From: Alphaproteobacteria bacterium
Lineage (GTDB): Bacteria; Pseudomonadota; Alphaproteobacteria; UBA7887
NCBI GenBank assembly: GCA_965216755.1
Contig: CBDCGL010000011.1
Location: 416,001-480,000, forward strand
Reading direction: 5' to 3'
Length of the DNA: 64,000 nucleotides
A program made the position numbers and the translations under genes. This document shows, piece after piece, positions 32,024-43,734 of the stretch (position 1 is the first letter of the stretch; the number at the start of each line of letters is the position of its first letter). The notes under the pieces are model-generated. The model saw nothing but the letters and a program-made list of their open reading frames with translations, had not been told where the DNA came from and searched no databases.

Positions 32024-33163
32024 TTAGGATGGAATAAAGCATTTTTCCAAAAAGTATTTGTCAATTATGTGGCTGTCCAGTGCCGAAACCGGCTGATATT
32101 TGACTACGACCCGGTAGCTTGACCCGTTGGACTTACGACCGTTGATCAGCTCTGTTGGACCCGTGTATTTCGTCTGCCGCTCAATCATGCCGCGGCACAG
32201 AGCTCTTTTTCTTCGGCCGGATATCGTGCTGCGCACTTTCAAGGTAAACGTCTCATTCGCGGGATCTGGGAAATATTTTGAAACAAACGCAAATGCTTCG
32301 TTGTTGATGTCCAAGATATTCCCATAAGCAGACGTTTGTCCATTGTCGTCCGAAATAACAACGATTGCTTCTGAGGGCTTATGCCTTGGCATCAAACGCA
32401 GGTTTGTTTCATTTCCTAAGATAACTTTCTGATTGGCTTTGGCACGTATGTATTTATATATCTTCGCAAACATAGTCCATGTTACCACGATAATCGTTAT
32501 TACCTCTTTCCAAATGCACACTTTCCTTCGAATAAGTATTGCGTTGTATCGGGCACGCAGTTTCTTCGGCGCGCCGTGCGGCAAAAAGATTTGTGCCTGG
32601 CCGATCAGCCCCGGCTTAACCCTAAATCGCTGATCATATTCGCTTATCTTTTTCGATAGCCTGTCCGCCAGCGCGCGACGCACGGGACGCGGACCGAACA
32701 TGTTCATGTCGCCTTTGAGGACGTTCAGAAGTTGCGGCAGCTCATCAAGCCTGGATTCTCGCAGCAGCTTCCCGACGAGAGTCTCCATACGACTTCCTTC
32801 GGGCAAGACTCTATCATGACTGATCGCATTGGCCCCGAGTTTAAGGCTTCTAAACTTATAGATTGTGAAGGGCTTGCGATGAAGACCCAGCCTTTCGCCC
32901 CGGTAGAATATCGGCGGGCCGGACGTCACAAATACGATGATACATAGTAACGCAAAAAGTGGCATTGCGGACAGCAGGAGAAAAGCTGCACAACCGACGT
33001 TCCACAACCTATAAAGTCTTGATTCATTGGTACAATAACCGAAATAGAATAGTCGTATTGGAGGGTGGGATGAGTGGGATTTCATGGTCGGCACGTCGCT
33101 GTCGCGAACCCAGCGCGTTGTCGCGTGTGCGTGTTTGAGTCCTTTTAGGATCATCAAGACCAC
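32024..33163 (-). CDS. Priming sugar (phosphoglycosyl) transferase with C-terminal PilZ-like extension
   Basis: RLGL..KPFTIYKFRSL, LDELPQLLNVLKGDMNMFGPRP, VKPGLIGQAQ; tail RLMPR...ILDIN. True start may be downstream of 33163. Confidence 0.85.
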   Translation of the reverse strand: MVLMILKGLKHAHATTRWVRDSDVPTMKSHSSHPPIRLFYFGYCTNESRLYRLWNVGCAAFLLLSAMPLFALLCIIVFVTSGPPIFYRGERLGLHRKPFTIYKFRSLKLGANAISHDRVLPEGSRMETLVGKLLRESRLDELPQLLNVLKGDMNMFGPRPVRRALADRLSKKISEYDQRFRVKPGLIGQAQIFLPHGAPKKLRARYNAILIRRKVCIWKEVITIIVVTWTMFAKIYKYIRAKANQKVILGNETNLRLMPRHKPSEAIVVISDDNGQTSAYGNILDINNEAFAFVSKYFPDPANETFTLKVRSTISGRRKRALCRGMIERQTKYTGPTELINGRKSNGSSYRVVVKYQPVSALDSHIIDKYFLEKCFIPS

Positions 33164-33448
33164 CGAGCTCGACTATTCTACTTTCAGCGAGGAGCGCAAA
33201 CGTTTTGAGGGTGGAACGTTTGATCGAATTCGGTTCGGTGTCAAGCCATGAAGGCAACAAAATTGGTACTAACAATGCGAAAGTACTGCATACGACTCTG
33301 TTGGCGGATGCATGCGCAACGGTGCTGAGCCTTTTCCTGCGGGCTAGAATGTCTTTACTGGCACGGCGGTATAGCTGCCAATTACAGACGGTGGTCGGCG
33401 TTAGCGGGCGGCCGCGTGACCCGTCGGTGTTGGGACACGTTGATCGGT

Positions 33449-34213
33449 CTATCGGAGATCTTCGCCGTAGCGCTGACGATAGGTCGCGGCCAACGCACGC
33501 TCGCAGAGATGGTTTATGGCCACGGGAATACCTTTGGTGTTTTTATGAATGGCCGCGATGGCGCGTTCATTGAAGAGATTCGTTTTCGCTCCGGCGATAA
33601 GAAGGTGATGCCGAATGTAGGCGCGCGTGTCTTCAAGGCCCAGTGCGCTCATGGTGATATGCGTTGGTTCATAGGGATGCGCGGGATCGCTCCGCGCGCG
33701 CGACAAAGCTGATGATGTTCCCGGACGACCGATGAGCAAGATTTGGAGCAAGCTGCCGTCTTCCGTGGCAGACCCTATGCGCGTCAAAAAGTTGTCCATC
33801 ATCGACGTCGGCAGCTGCTCCGCGCGATCAACGGCCAACAGAGAACGTTTGCCGGCGGCGCGGCGGCTCTGCAAAAACACCTCTAAAGCGTCGTAACGGG
33901 CGTGGACAAATGCGTTGGGAATTTGGCAACGGAATGCGGAGAGTACCGAAAACAGGAATTCATGGGTGGTTCTATTATGGTTTTCGACGGCCGCCCATGC
34001 GATGTCCGCGCCCAATTGTTTGAGGAAACGACGCACGAGCGTTGTTTTGCCCGTGCCTGTTTCCCCGATCAGACGCGTGACGGGTGATCCGCCTGCTAGG
34101 CTGTTCTGAAGAAGCGTCAGTGTTTGAGTGTGGCTCTGACCGACGTAGAGGGCGTTGGCATCCGGCAAGATCGAAAAAGGTTTGGATCGAAGTCCAAAGT
34201 ACGCTTGATACAT
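33449..34213 (-). CDS. ExeA/GspA-family AAA ATPase
   Basis: MYQAYFGL..KPF, GETGTGKTT, LQILLIG, GIP..IN.LCERAL. Confidence 0.85.
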   Translation of the reverse strand: MYQAYFGLRSKPFSILPDANALYVGQSHTQTLTLLQNSLAGGSPVTRLIGETGTGKTTLVRRFLKQLGADIAWAAVENHNRTTHEFLFSVLSAFRCQIPNAFVHARYDALEVFLQSRRAAGKRSLLAVDRAEQLPTSMMDNFLTRIGSATEDGSLLQILLIGRPGTSSALSRARSDPAHPYEPTHITMSALGLEDTRAYIRHHLLIAGAKTNLFNERAIAAIHKNTKGIPVAINHLCERALAATYRQRYGEDLR

Positions 34214-34372
34214 TCCAAGTTGTCCGTGTTACGCGTGCGGTTCGTCCAATTCCGCCATGCATCTCATGTGGCGACTGCGATACTGCCAATTTTGCGCAAA
34301 GGCCACCAAAGCATGACGTACAGGTGAAAGATGTGTCAACCAATGGGCGCCGCGGGCAGGGCACATCAGAGG

Positions 34373-35836
34373 TCAAGGGTTGGCTCGTGCTTTCGAGCTC
34401 TCGAGCACGTTCGCGTCTGGCAGCGGTGCAACGCTCTTAGTCGGCATTTGAGAAACGGAGCTTCGGACTGCTATGCGGGAGAGCGCGAGGGTCATGCCGA
34501 TAAAGAACCACAGATATTTGTTGAATGTGCTCGACAAAAAGGCGGCTTGAATGAGGATGCTCACGAATGAAAATTGAAGTGCTTCGGAAACCGTTTGCAA
34601 TGATTGAGATGTGCAATGCCTGCGCAATGCGCCTAGATTTTGCAAACATAGTAGTAGTAAGCTAATGAAAAGGACAAATCCCAAAATGCCAACCTCAACG
34701 GCGACCTGTAGATAGATATTGTGCAGGGGGCGATCGCTCGCGGTTCGTCCGGGAACCCAGCGGTATTCAAAATCGGAAAAGGCGCCTGGGAAATTACCGA
34801 TACCAATGCCAAAGAAACCGTTTGTTGACAAAAGGTCCAAGCCGATAACGTGGTAGCTAATCCGTCTCAACACCGTTCGGTCTTGGCCCGGGTCCAGCAA
34901 GATCTCAAATCGGTCACCAAGTGCGCCAGGTAGAACTTGTAACGTTGCGATGACAACAAGGCCGAATATGACCGTCATAAGTGCAAAACTATAGTTTTTT
35001 CGAAACTTCAACAGGAACCAGAGAAGCATGATGAAATACGTGGCGGTCGTATGCCGCGTGAGTGTAAAGAAAATGGCCATGGTTCCGAAGGCAACCGTCG
35101 GCACTGTAAGCACGCGCGTTCGTGGCTCACGAGCGGCAAGAATGAGCGCCAGCGTTGTACCGGCAAGCAGCATTGACGCGGCCAGCGTCGGGGCTTCTTT
35201 GGAGGCACCGGAAGATCGGTAGACGTTTTCCCACGTGCTGATCGCCGCGCCTTCAATGTCGGGAAGCAGTTGCGAACCTGCGACCCAATCGCCAATGACA
35301 AATAACCCAGACACGAGGGTCGAACCCATAATTGCGTATAAAAGGTACTTCAGCCGTTGTTCGGAATTGGCCAAAGCCATTATCAAGAATACCAAAATGC
35401 AAACACTCGCGAAGTTGCCAAGTGCGTCGATTGATGCGGCTGTATCGTTGGCAAACAAAGCCGAAAGTAATACAGCGATCGCAAACAATATTAGCAATTT
35501 GATTGCCGTATTGTCTGCGACTGGATGGTGGGCGGTGTTGTGGTAGCGTTCATTGCTCAGAACAAACCCTGCGAATGTCAGGCCCGCGAGGATTTCGATC
35601 CCAGATACGGGGGCCCAGGCAAACAAGAGCGCGGCGAGAGCGTCGATTTGTGTCAGAAAAGCCAGCGCCAGCAGCCCCAGAAACGGGCTTCTGATGACCC
35701 ACAGGGCGCACGCCGCCGCGATCGGCAGAACCAATAAAGATACGGCAGATATGTCGCTGTTTCGGACAAGCAGAAGCGATCCGGCGAAGGCCGTTCCGAG
35801 TCCCAATGCGAAAAACCCAGCAGAACTTCTTGACAA
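34373..35836 (-). CDS. O-antigen ligase / Wzy-family polymerase
   Basis: Multi-TM; FFTLTR, FFGIGIGNF, HNIYLQVAVEVGILG. Confidence 0.85.
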   Translation of the reverse strand: MSRSSAGFFALGLGTAFAGSLLLVRNSDISAVSLLVLPIAAACALWVIRSPFLGLLALAFLTQIDALAALLFAWAPVSGIEILAGLTFAGFVLSNERYHNTAHHPVADNTAIKLLILFAIAVLLSALFANDTAASIDALGNFASVCILVFLIMALANSEQRLKYLLYAIMGSTLVSGLFVIGDWVAGSQLLPDIEGAAISTWENVYRSSGASKEAPTLAASMLLAGTTLALILAAREPRTRVLTVPTVAFGTMAIFFTLTRHTTATYFIMLLWFLLKFRKNYSFALMTVIFGLVVIATLQVLPGALGDRFEILLDPGQDRTVLRRISYHVIGLDLLSTNGFFGIGIGNFPGAFSDFEYRWVPGRTASDRPLHNIYLQVAVEVGILGFVLFISLLLLCLQNLGALRRHCTSQSLQTVSEALQFSFVSILIQAAFLSSTFNKYLWFFIGMTLALSRIAVRSSVSQMPTKSVAPLPDANVLESSKARANP

Positions 35837-36061
35837 TTATGGCCTCGATCTTTGCAGCCTGTTTCCGGACGCGACTTGGCCCAGAATAAACGATCTTTCG
35901 AGAATCTCTAATGTTCATGGACACTTGTGAAAACCGGCATCGTTGTCGGCAGAATCGTTCGAGCGCTTCCGGCCATGCAGTGTGTCGCAGGTGAAGCCGC
36001 TGGACCGCCCGCGGGTAGGGATTTTCGGGCATTTCGCGATGGCGGGCTGGTTGGGTCGTCG

Positions 36062-36370
36062 TGATTTAGGGGCCCGATCGGGGACTAGTTGCCGATCGCG
36101 CGGTATTGCCTGACGGGGTTGTAATAGCACCGCCATTTCTCGATCAGCACTTTCGCCTCGTGCGGCGTGTAGAAGATTTCGCCGTCCAACAATTCGCCCG
36201 CTATCTTGCTATTGAATGACTGGTTGTAGCCATTCTCCCATGGCAGGTCTGGCTCGATGTAGAAGGTCTTCACGCCGACCCGCGGCAACCAGTTCCGTAC
36301 CGCGGTCGCGGTGAACTCAGCGTGAATGTCCGACCGGATATGATCCGGCGGGCCGGTGTAGATCTGTGGG
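36062..36370 (-). pseudogene. IS3-family OrfB 3' remnant with terminal IR
   Basis: HIRSD..EFTATAVRNWL...IEP..PWENGYNQSFN...EAKVLIEKWR.YYN. Confidence 0.75.
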
Positions 36371-36423
36371 CGCTCGCGAGACATCTCTTGTGATTTTTTT
36401 TTGGGGGCGGGAAGATGTCGTCG

Positions 36424-37117
36424 ATGACCAACGATCAACGCGAGATTTGGTGGAAGCCGCGTTTTTTTCGACATGCGGAGAGCAGTGACTCGGTATCCAA
36501 GACGTGTCGATATTTCGGCGCGGGCTGCGCAAGCTTCTATCGCTGGCAAAATGCTTTTCGGGAGCGTGGCGCAGCCGGCCTGGTCAACGCCCGATCGGTA
36601 CCGCACCGACATCCGGACAAAACGCCGTCGGAGATCGCTGTCAAGTTCTCCATCTGCGGCGGATATACCGTCTTGGGCCAATTCGGAACGTCCGGTACCT
36701 GGACCGTTGTCATGGCATCAAGATCTCGGATGCTGGCGTCTATCGAATCCGCAAGCGCAACGGTCTGAATAGACTTCCCTGTGGCACACGGTTGCGCAAG
36801 GTCCACACCAAGCGATACGTCAAGCAGGTTCCGGGCCATCACATCCAATGGATGTCAAGTTTCTGACCTTCCGTGGCAAACGCGGTCAGAAGATCAAACG
36901 CTATCAGTAAACGGCCATTGACGATGCAACCTCTGTCCGCGCTCTCAAAATATGCGAGCGACATACCCAGCCCAACGCCTCCGATTTCGTTGACTATGTC
37001 ATCGACAAATTCCCGTTCAGGATCCGAGAAATCCGGGCCGATAACGGGCACGAATTACAGGCCAAGTTCCACTGGCACGTGGAGGACAAAGGCGTCAAAC
37101 ACGCCTCCATCAAAACC
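36424..37117 (+). pseudogene. Frameshifted IS481-family transposase
   Basis: VSKTCRYFG...FYRW, LGPIR, KRYVKQVPGHHIQ.DVKF across several frames. Confidence 0.75.
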
Positions 37118-37195
37118 AGATCAAACAATCACTGCCCAAACTTCTTCAGCAGCCTGCTGGTACGACCCTTCCAAAAGCGCCGTCGCACGCAAGGC

Positions 37196-39469
37196 TCATT
37201 CAGCCGCCTGGCGGGTGAGTTCCGGGGCGCGTATTCGATCGGCGCGTTTGCGGCGGGCGACAAGCGGCGGGCACACGGTGTCATCGAAGTAGTCGACCTG
37301 ACAGTCGAGGCATTGGTAGCACTCGTTCATATCGATGCCGCCGTCGACTTTGATCGCGCCGATCGGACAGGAAGCGCGGCAAACCTGGCATGGGCTGCCG
37401 CATTCGGGGCGCCGCTTGAGCCAATCCAACAAGTGGAAGCGGCCGAGGATCGCAAGGGCGCCACCCAGCGGGCACAAGAACCGACAAAAAAACCGCTCGA
37501 TGGTTAGGCCGATGGCAAGCAGCAGGCCAGCGTAAAGAAGATATGGCCAACTGCGCGCGAAACCGACCACGATCGCGGTCTTGAAGGGTTCGACTTCCGC
37601 CGCCTTGATTGCCGCCTCCATGGAAAACAATGCCAGACCGAAGACGACAAACACGACGACGTACTTGACCGCCCACAGACGTTCTTGAAGGGTTTCCGGT
37701 ACCGTGATCTGCGGCACCTTTAGCCACTGGGCAATCTTGCCGAGGATCTCTTGGAGCGCGCCAAACGGACAGAGCCAGCCGCAGAACACACCCCGTCCCC
37801 ACAGGACAAGTGTGATCGCGACGTAAAGCGACAAAAGGAAAATTAGTGGATCGAGCAGGAAAAGAACGGGATCCAAGTCGGCGAAGGCAGATTCGAAGTA
37901 CGTGATGATGTTGATGCTGGTGAGCTGGGCGTCCTTGTACCAGCCAAGCCAGACAAGAATAACGACGAGGAAGCCGAAGCGGACCGCGGCGTGAACCCGA
38001 CGATTTCGAACATATTTGTGTTGAAACACAATCAGCAGCGTGAGAACGGCAAGAATCACCGCCAAAATCGCGATATCAACGCGCCGCTCCAGCCAGATCG
38101 TCTGCCACTCATTGAGTGTGCTCACGCGCACCTGACCGAGCAGGGCATAGACCGGCTCTTTAAATCCGGCCTCTTCCAATGCGAAGTCGTTGCCCATCAC
38201 GAACGCCGCCGGAATTCGGTAGGGAACGGTAACATAAGCCGGTTCGGTCCCGGTGGGCGCGCCCACGGCATCGGGCCTGATTTCGATGCGAAGCGCCCAG
38301 GGCTCGAACGGATCGAAGCCATCGCGCGGGCGCAGCCGGAAAAGCTCCTGCTCCTTGAAGCGTGGCGCACCGTGGACCCGAACGGCGTTGTGCTTGAGCA
38401 TCTTGTCGCGTGTCAGAGCGATGGTCTTGCCATTCTGAACAATTGCGACGCGTTCGAAATTGCTCCGGACGTTCGTCCGGACTTGACCCGAGCCCAAAAC
38501 TCGATACTTGCCAAGGGCGGCGATCAGAACGATTTGATCGCCCAGGCTGACCTGCGCCATGTTGAAATTGTGCCAGCGCTGGCCGTAGACATTGCGGCCG
38601 ATACCATCCGGCGTGACCATGCCGGTGTAGACCTCGAAAAACGTGCCGTCCGGCGGTCGCTGGCGAAACGCGGTAAGATCCAAATCAGCTGGAAAAGCTG
38701 CTGCAGCGTCGGCATTGGTGATCGTAAGACGTCCGATGTCTGCGGCCGCGATCAAGTCGCGCCACCGTCGATCCTCGCGACTAACCACACTGATGGATTG
38801 ATTACCGGCGGTGAGATTCCCGGTAGGTGAGGTCGCCAGCAGACCATCGTTACCGGCAAGCTGGCTTCCAAGATCGATTGAGAGCCCGGCCTTGTTGGTT
38901 TGCGCCTGAACCAAGCCTGTTATCATGGCGACCTTGCGCGCAGAAGCGAAAGCGGCACTTCTCATCAGTTTCGAACTGACCGTCGCGCCGGAGACGCCGT
39001 CGACCGCCGCGCGTTGGGTGGCGCGGTTCGCGCGCATTGTCGGAAGATTTTTCAAGCGATCGAGAAAGGCCTGCAGCAAATCGCCGCGGATCATGCTGGG
39101 ACCGATGATCGGCTCGTAGTGCTCGAGCAATATGATGCCCTTCAGATCGGCCGCGAGATCGATGCCAACGAGAATGTCGTATGGTTCGCCGGCAAATCCG
39201 GTCGAGCGCACGGTGTCGTGGGTCGACATTAAATAGCCGACAACTTCGCCCCCAATCACCACCGGCACGGATGGTGGATCGCCGGTAACTTCGCCGATAC
39301 CTTCGGCTCCGGGGAAGGCCTGCTGCAACACCTCCGGCGTGATACGCGTACCGAGTGGATCCTCCATGCCGGCCATGGCCGCGCTGGCGGACCAGCAGGC
39401 GACAATACACAGCCACACGTAGGTGAGCGCGATTCGTGGCCCTGGCGTCACAAAATGACGTTCTGCCAT
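37196..39469 (-). CDS. nosR: NosR/NirI-family flavin/Fe-S membrane protein
   Basis: FMN-binding VDGVSGATVSS; CGWLCPFGALQE, FCRFLCPLG, CGSPCQVCRASCP, ECYQCLDC. Symbol reflects the family; function not confirmed. Confidence 0.8.
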   Translation of the reverse strand: MAERHFVTPGPRIALTYVWLCIVACWSASAAMAGMEDPLGTRITPEVLQQAFPGAEGIGEVTGDPPSVPVVIGGEVVGYLMSTHDTVRSTGFAGEPYDILVGIDLAADLKGIILLEHYEPIIGPSMIRGDLLQAFLDRLKNLPTMRANRATQRAAVDGVSGATVSSKLMRSAAFASARKVAMITGLVQAQTNKAGLSIDLGSQLAGNDGLLATSPTGNLTAGNQSISVVSREDRRWRDLIAAADIGRLTITNADAAAAFPADLDLTAFRQRPPDGTFFEVYTGMVTPDGIGRNVYGQRWHNFNMAQVSLGDQIVLIAALGKYRVLGSGQVRTNVRSNFERVAIVQNGKTIALTRDKMLKHNAVRVHGAPRFKEQELFRLRPRDGFDPFEPWALRIEIRPDAVGAPTGTEPAYVTVPYRIPAAFVMGNDFALEEAGFKEPVYALLGQVRVSTLNEWQTIWLERRVDIAILAVILAVLTLLIVFQHKYVRNRRVHAAVRFGFLVVILVWLGWYKDAQLTSINIITYFESAFADLDPVLFLLDPLIFLLSLYVAITLVLWGRGVFCGWLCPFGALQEILGKIAQWLKVPQITVPETLQERLWAVKYVVVFVVFGLALFSMEAAIKAAEVEPFKTAIVVGFARSWPYLLYAGLLLAIGLTIERFFCRFLCPLGGALAILGRFHLLDWLKRRPECGSPCQVCRASCPIGAIKVDGGIDMNECYQCLDCQVDYFDDTVCPPLVARRKRADRIRAPELTRQAAE

Positions 39470-39761
39470 GCGAGTCCTCGTTCAAGCTATCCACGCGGGA
39501 AGCCCGATCGAACTCGCCGCACTGCTGTTAAACACTTGGCGTACAGGGAAATCAACTGCTACCGGACGAAATACAGCGCAAATGACGCCCTAGCTAGCGC
39601 TGGGCGCGCTCTTGAGGGCTTCCTGCAAGGTTTGACCCAGTTCGGGCTGTTGATGCGGCGCGTTGCCAAAATGGGTTGAGAGCTTCGATTTCTGCCAATA
39701 GCCTTCACGCCCGTGTTCCAATTGAGGAATTTGGGGAAGTATTTTCTGATAGGGAGGTCCA

Positions 39762-40154
39762 ATGACGCGCGCGGAGTTGAGACAGCTCGTAGTAGCGTTC
39801 ACGGACGCATTCAATCGGGAGGATCTGGACGGCGTCATGGCCTATATGGCCGAAGACGCGCTCTATGACGAATTCAACGGTCATCGCACCGAGGGCGCGG
39901 CCGAAATCCGCAAGGCGTTCGAGCCGCAGTTTGCCGGCAAGTTCGGAACCATGCGCTTCCGCGGGGAAGACCTGATCGTCGACGCGGAAGCGAGGTCCGC
40001 GATGATCTCATGGACCTGTACACTTGAAACGCCAGAGCGCTTCGGCGGATGGCGCGGACTGGACCTTCTGTTCTTTAACGATGCGGGCAAGATCGTCCGC
40101 AAGGAAACTTACGCCAAGACCGAAAAACCGGCTATGCGGCGTCTTAAACGCTAG
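39762..40154 (+). CDS. SnoaL/NTF2-like protein
   Basis: AFNREDLDGVMAYMAEDA...G...IR, GLDLL.F...GKI; RBS GGGAGG. Confidence 0.85.
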   Translation: MTRAELRQLVVAFTDAFNREDLDGVMAYMAEDALYDEFNGHRTEGAAEIRKAFEPQFAGKFGTMRFRGEDLIVDAEARSAMISWTCTLETPERFGGWRGLDLLFFNDAGKIVRKETYAKTEKPAMRRLKR

Positions 40155-40355
40155 CACGAAATACGCAGCGAGGATTGTGTTGCCCCGGATCTCTGAGGTT
40201 TGGCTGGCGAGGCCGCTCTCGGGGCAATTCGGACCCGCTCCACTGCGGCCCGTGAAGCTCCCTCGTGACGCGAACCGGTCATGGTGGCATTTTCGGCGGG
40301 CGCGACTCCGGAATTTGGAACCGCACGGAAAAACGACCCGGATGGGGATCCATTC

Positions 40356-41196
40356 TTACGACGTGTGGCGGTCGAGGAAGTCGAGAATTGCCGCGTTAAC
40401 CATGGGATCGTTATCCTCATGCATTAAATGCGACGCCTTGCTGATCTCGACAAAGTCGGAAGCTGGCAGTAACTCGCGCAATCGGCCAGTGCGTTTGCAG
40501 AGGAAACGCGGACTATCTTCGCCGGCTAAGAGTAAAGCTGGGGCACGCACACCGCGTACTTGTGCATCAGTGAGCGGTGGGAAGCCGGCGCCCAGAAGCT
40601 GCGCCCGGTCGGTCTTTTGATTGTCACGCACTTGCTGTTTGCGCGCCTCGCTCAACCGCTCGAAGCTTGCTTTGCCGAGCACGCCGCAACCAAATATTCG
40701 CATCGCGGCCGCGTCGTCACCGCGCCGATATGCTTTCTCAGCGGGCGCGAATGCGGTGGCCGGGCGAGTAAACAAGAGCCGAAGCAATTCCCGGGGCCGC
40801 GGGGGCGCACTTACAAACAACGGCATCACGGGCGGCTCCATCAAGACCAAGCTGCGCACCAACTCGGGATAGCGGATTGCCATGAGCAGGCTAATGAAGC
40901 CGCCCCAAAAAATGGCCGACCAAGTGCGCGTTCGTCAGATCCAACGCCTTCAGAAAAGCGGCCAAGTCCTCCACGTGCCGCAGCATTCGATCGTCCACGC
41001 CAGGTTCGATGTCGATGTTTGGCGGGGCATAGCGTCGGCTGTAGGCCATCGCTCGATAATGGGCACCCACCGCGGACACCTGATCTTGCCCAGTTTCGCG
41101 GATCGGATGCGCTTCCGTGGACGAAGACCACTGGCTCGCCGGTACCTTGCTCGTCGTAGGCGAGGCGGGTTCCGTTGGCCGAAACGTTGCTCAGGC
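40356..41196 (-). pseudogene. Frameshifted alpha/beta hydrolase
   Basis: GTGEPVVFVHG / AYSRRY...AHLVGHFLG / YPELVRSLVLMEPP...ASHLMH lie in three separate ORF pieces; the nucleophile motif is broken. Confidence 0.75.
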
Positions 41197-41507
41197 TATC
41201 AAGTGAAATTGTCGTCTGGACGGACAGCGTACAAAACCCGGGACCAGCGTCAATGACCGAACTAAACTCGATTGCCGAGGCGCCTTTGATCTGGTCTCGT
41301 TCGTGGCGCCGCATCGTCGGGGTCGGGCTTCGAGCGCGAATGGCTCACAGGTCTCTTTGATGGTCGCAGTGTCCTTAATTGGGAGCTGAATCTGTAGATC
41401 GGCGTGGAATAAGGACCCCAGTATTGGGGTGATCGGCGTCCAAAAAGGCCCCTCCCTGATACGAGGGTCCATTGTGCTCCCGATTCGAATCGGGGGCCGA
41501 GTTTGGG

Positions 41508-43073
41508 ATGCTGGTAGTGGAGACGATCGCGAAGATCCGGCGGGCGTATTTTCAACAACAGAAGCCGATCAAGCAGATTTGCCGGGAGCTGAAGGTCTCG
41601 CGGAAGGTTGTCCGCAAAGTGATCCGCTCCGGGAAGACGGAATTCATTTACGAGCGGTCGGTTCAGCCCAGGCCGAAGATCGGCCCCTGGCGGAACGAGC
41701 TCGATCACATGCTCACGGAGAATGCGCGCCGTCCTAAGCGCGAGCGCTTAACACTGGTTCGTATTTTCGAAGAGCTCCGCGGTCTTGGCTATGAAGGCGG
41801 ATACGACGCGGTTCGGCGCTATGCCGCATCCTGGATCCGGCAGACATGCGCAGCGTCTGCATCGGCCTTCGTGCCGCTGAGCTTCGATCCGGGCGAAGCA
41901 TATCAGTTCGACTGGAGCCACGAGATTGTCCTGATCAACGGGGTCACCACGACGGTGAAGGCGGCACATGTTCGGCTCTGCCATAGCCGGATGCCGTTCG
42001 TCCGCGCCTACCCCCGCGAGACGCAAGAGATGGTGTTCGATGCCCACGATCGAGCTTTCGCTTTCTTCAAGGGCGCGTGTGCGCGCGGCATTTACGACAA
42101 CATGAAGACGGCGGTCGACGCAATCTTCGTCGGCCGGGAACGCGCCTACAATCGCCGGTTCCTGCAAATGTGCGGGCATTACCTTGTCGAGCCGGTGGCC
42201 TGCACGCCGGCCTCGGGTTGGGAGAAGGGACAGGTTGAGAACCAAGTCGGTGTCATACGTCGTCGGTTCTTCACGCCACGGCTGCGGTTCAAGACCTACC
42301 GGGACCTCAACGCATGGCTGCTCGATCGCTGCATCGCCTGGGCAAAGGCGCATCCACACCCGGACAGGCGCGACAAGACTGTCTGGGAAATGTTCGAGGC
42401 CGAACGCGCAAGTCTTGTCCCCTATACCGGTCCCTTCGACGGCTTCCACGCCGTGCCGGCATCAGTGTCCAAGACCTGCCTGGTCCGGTTTGATTGCAAC
42501 CGCTACTCGGTCAATGCCACAGCCGTTGGCCGGCCGGTGGAGATACGCGCCTATGCCGAACAGGTGGAGTTCTGGCAAGGCGGTCAGATTGTCGGCCGCC
42601 ATGCCCGTGTCTTCTGCCGTGACAAAACGGTCTACGATCCTTGGCATTACATCCCGGTTCTTGCTCGCAAACCCGGTGCGTTGCGCAATGGAGCACCGTT
42701 CAAGGACTGGTCGCTTCCAACCGCCATGAAGCAGGTGCGGCGGAAGCTGCGGAACATTGCAAACGGTGACCGGCAAATGGTGGACATCCTTGGCGCGGTG
42801 CTGACCGACGGTCTGCCGGCGGTGGAGGCCGCTTGCGCCGAAGCGCTTCGCGAGGGCGTGTCTTCTGCCGACGTCATTCTCAACATCCTGGCGCGGCAGA
42901 GAGAACCCGGCCCACCGGTGAGCATCGCAACGCCAGAAGCGCTGCGACTTCAGTGTGAACCTGCCGCCGATTGTGCCCGTTACGACAGCCTCAGGAGATC
43001 CAACCATGGAAAGACTGCAAGTTCTCGACGCGATGGGACAGCTCAAGCTCTACGGCATGAAGGCCGCCTATGA
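41508..43073 (+). CDS. istA: IS21 transposase IstA
   Basis: [24 protein letters not shown]. Confidence 0.95.
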   Translation: MLVVETIAKIRRAYFQQQKPIKQICRELKVSRKVVRKVIRSGKTEFIYERSVQPRPKIGPWRNELDHMLTENARRPKRERLTLVRIFEELRGLGYEGGYDAVRRYAASWIRQTCAASASAFVPLSFDPGEAYQFDWSHEIVLINGVTTTVKAAHVRLCHSRMPFVRAYPRETQEMVFDAHDRAFAFFKGACARGIYDNMKTAVDAIFVGRERAYNRRFLQMCGHYLVEPVACTPASGWEKGQVENQVGVIRRRFFTPRLRFKTYRDLNAWLLDRCIAWAKAHPHPDRRDKTVWEMFEAERASLVPYTGPFDGFHAVPASVSKTCLVRFDCNRYSVNATAVGRPVEIRAYAEQVEFWQGGQIVGRHARVFCRDKTVYDPWHYIPVLARKPGALRNGAPFKDWSLPTAMKQVRRKLRNIANGDRQMVDILGAVLTDGLPAVEAACAEALREGVSSADVILNILARQREPGPPVSIATPEALRLQCEPAADCARYDSLRRSNHGKTASSRRDGTAQALRHEGRL

Positions 43074-43734
43074 CGAGATTCTCGTCAGCGCTGTAAAGCG
43101 CCAGCATGAACCGCAGAAGATCATCGGTGACCTCCTTCATGCCGAGATCAGCGAAAAGCAAGCACGTTCGATCAAGTATCAGATGACCATCGCCAAGCTA
43201 CCGCTGGCCAAGGAGATCGAAGAATTCGACTTCAACGAGACGCCGGTCAACGAGACTTTGGTGCGCGATCTGGCTGGCGGCGCATTCCTGCAGCACCAGC
43301 GCAACTTGATCCTGATCGGCGGTACCGGCACAGGAAAAACCCATCTCGCTGTGGGCATCGCCCGCGCCTGCATTCGGGACGGGGCGCGGGGACGGTTCTT
43401 CAATGTCGTCGACCTCGTCAACAAGCTCGACGCCGAAGCGCGCGCCGACCGGCAAGGGCGCATGGCCGACCTTCTGTGCCGACTGGACTTTCTGATCCTC
43501 GATGAACTCGGCTATCTGCCCTTTGCACAGACCGGCGGTCAGTTGCTCTTCCATCTCATCAGCCGTCTCTACGAGCGCACGACGATCATCGTATCCACCA
43601 ACCTGACCTTCGGCGAATGGCCGAGCGTGTTCGGAGATGCAAAGATGACGACGGCACTGCTTGACCGGCTGACACATCACTGCGACATCGTCGAAACAGG
43701 CAATGAGAGCTGGCGCTTCAAAAACCGCGCCTGA
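43006..43734 (+). CDS. istB: IS21 helper ATPase IstB
   Basis: [28 protein letters not shown]. Confidence 0.95.
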   Translation: MERLQVLDAMGQLKLYGMKAAYDEILVSAVKRQHEPQKIIGDLLHAEISEKQARSIKYQMTIAKLPLAKEIEEFDFNETPVNETLVRDLAGGAFLQHQRNLILIGGTGTGKTHLAVGIARACIRDGARGRFFNVVDLVNKLDAEARADRQGRMADLLCRLDFLILDELGYLPFAQTGGQLLFHLISRLYERTTIIVSTNLTFGEWPSVFGDAKMTTALLDRLTHHCDIVETGNESWRFKNRA

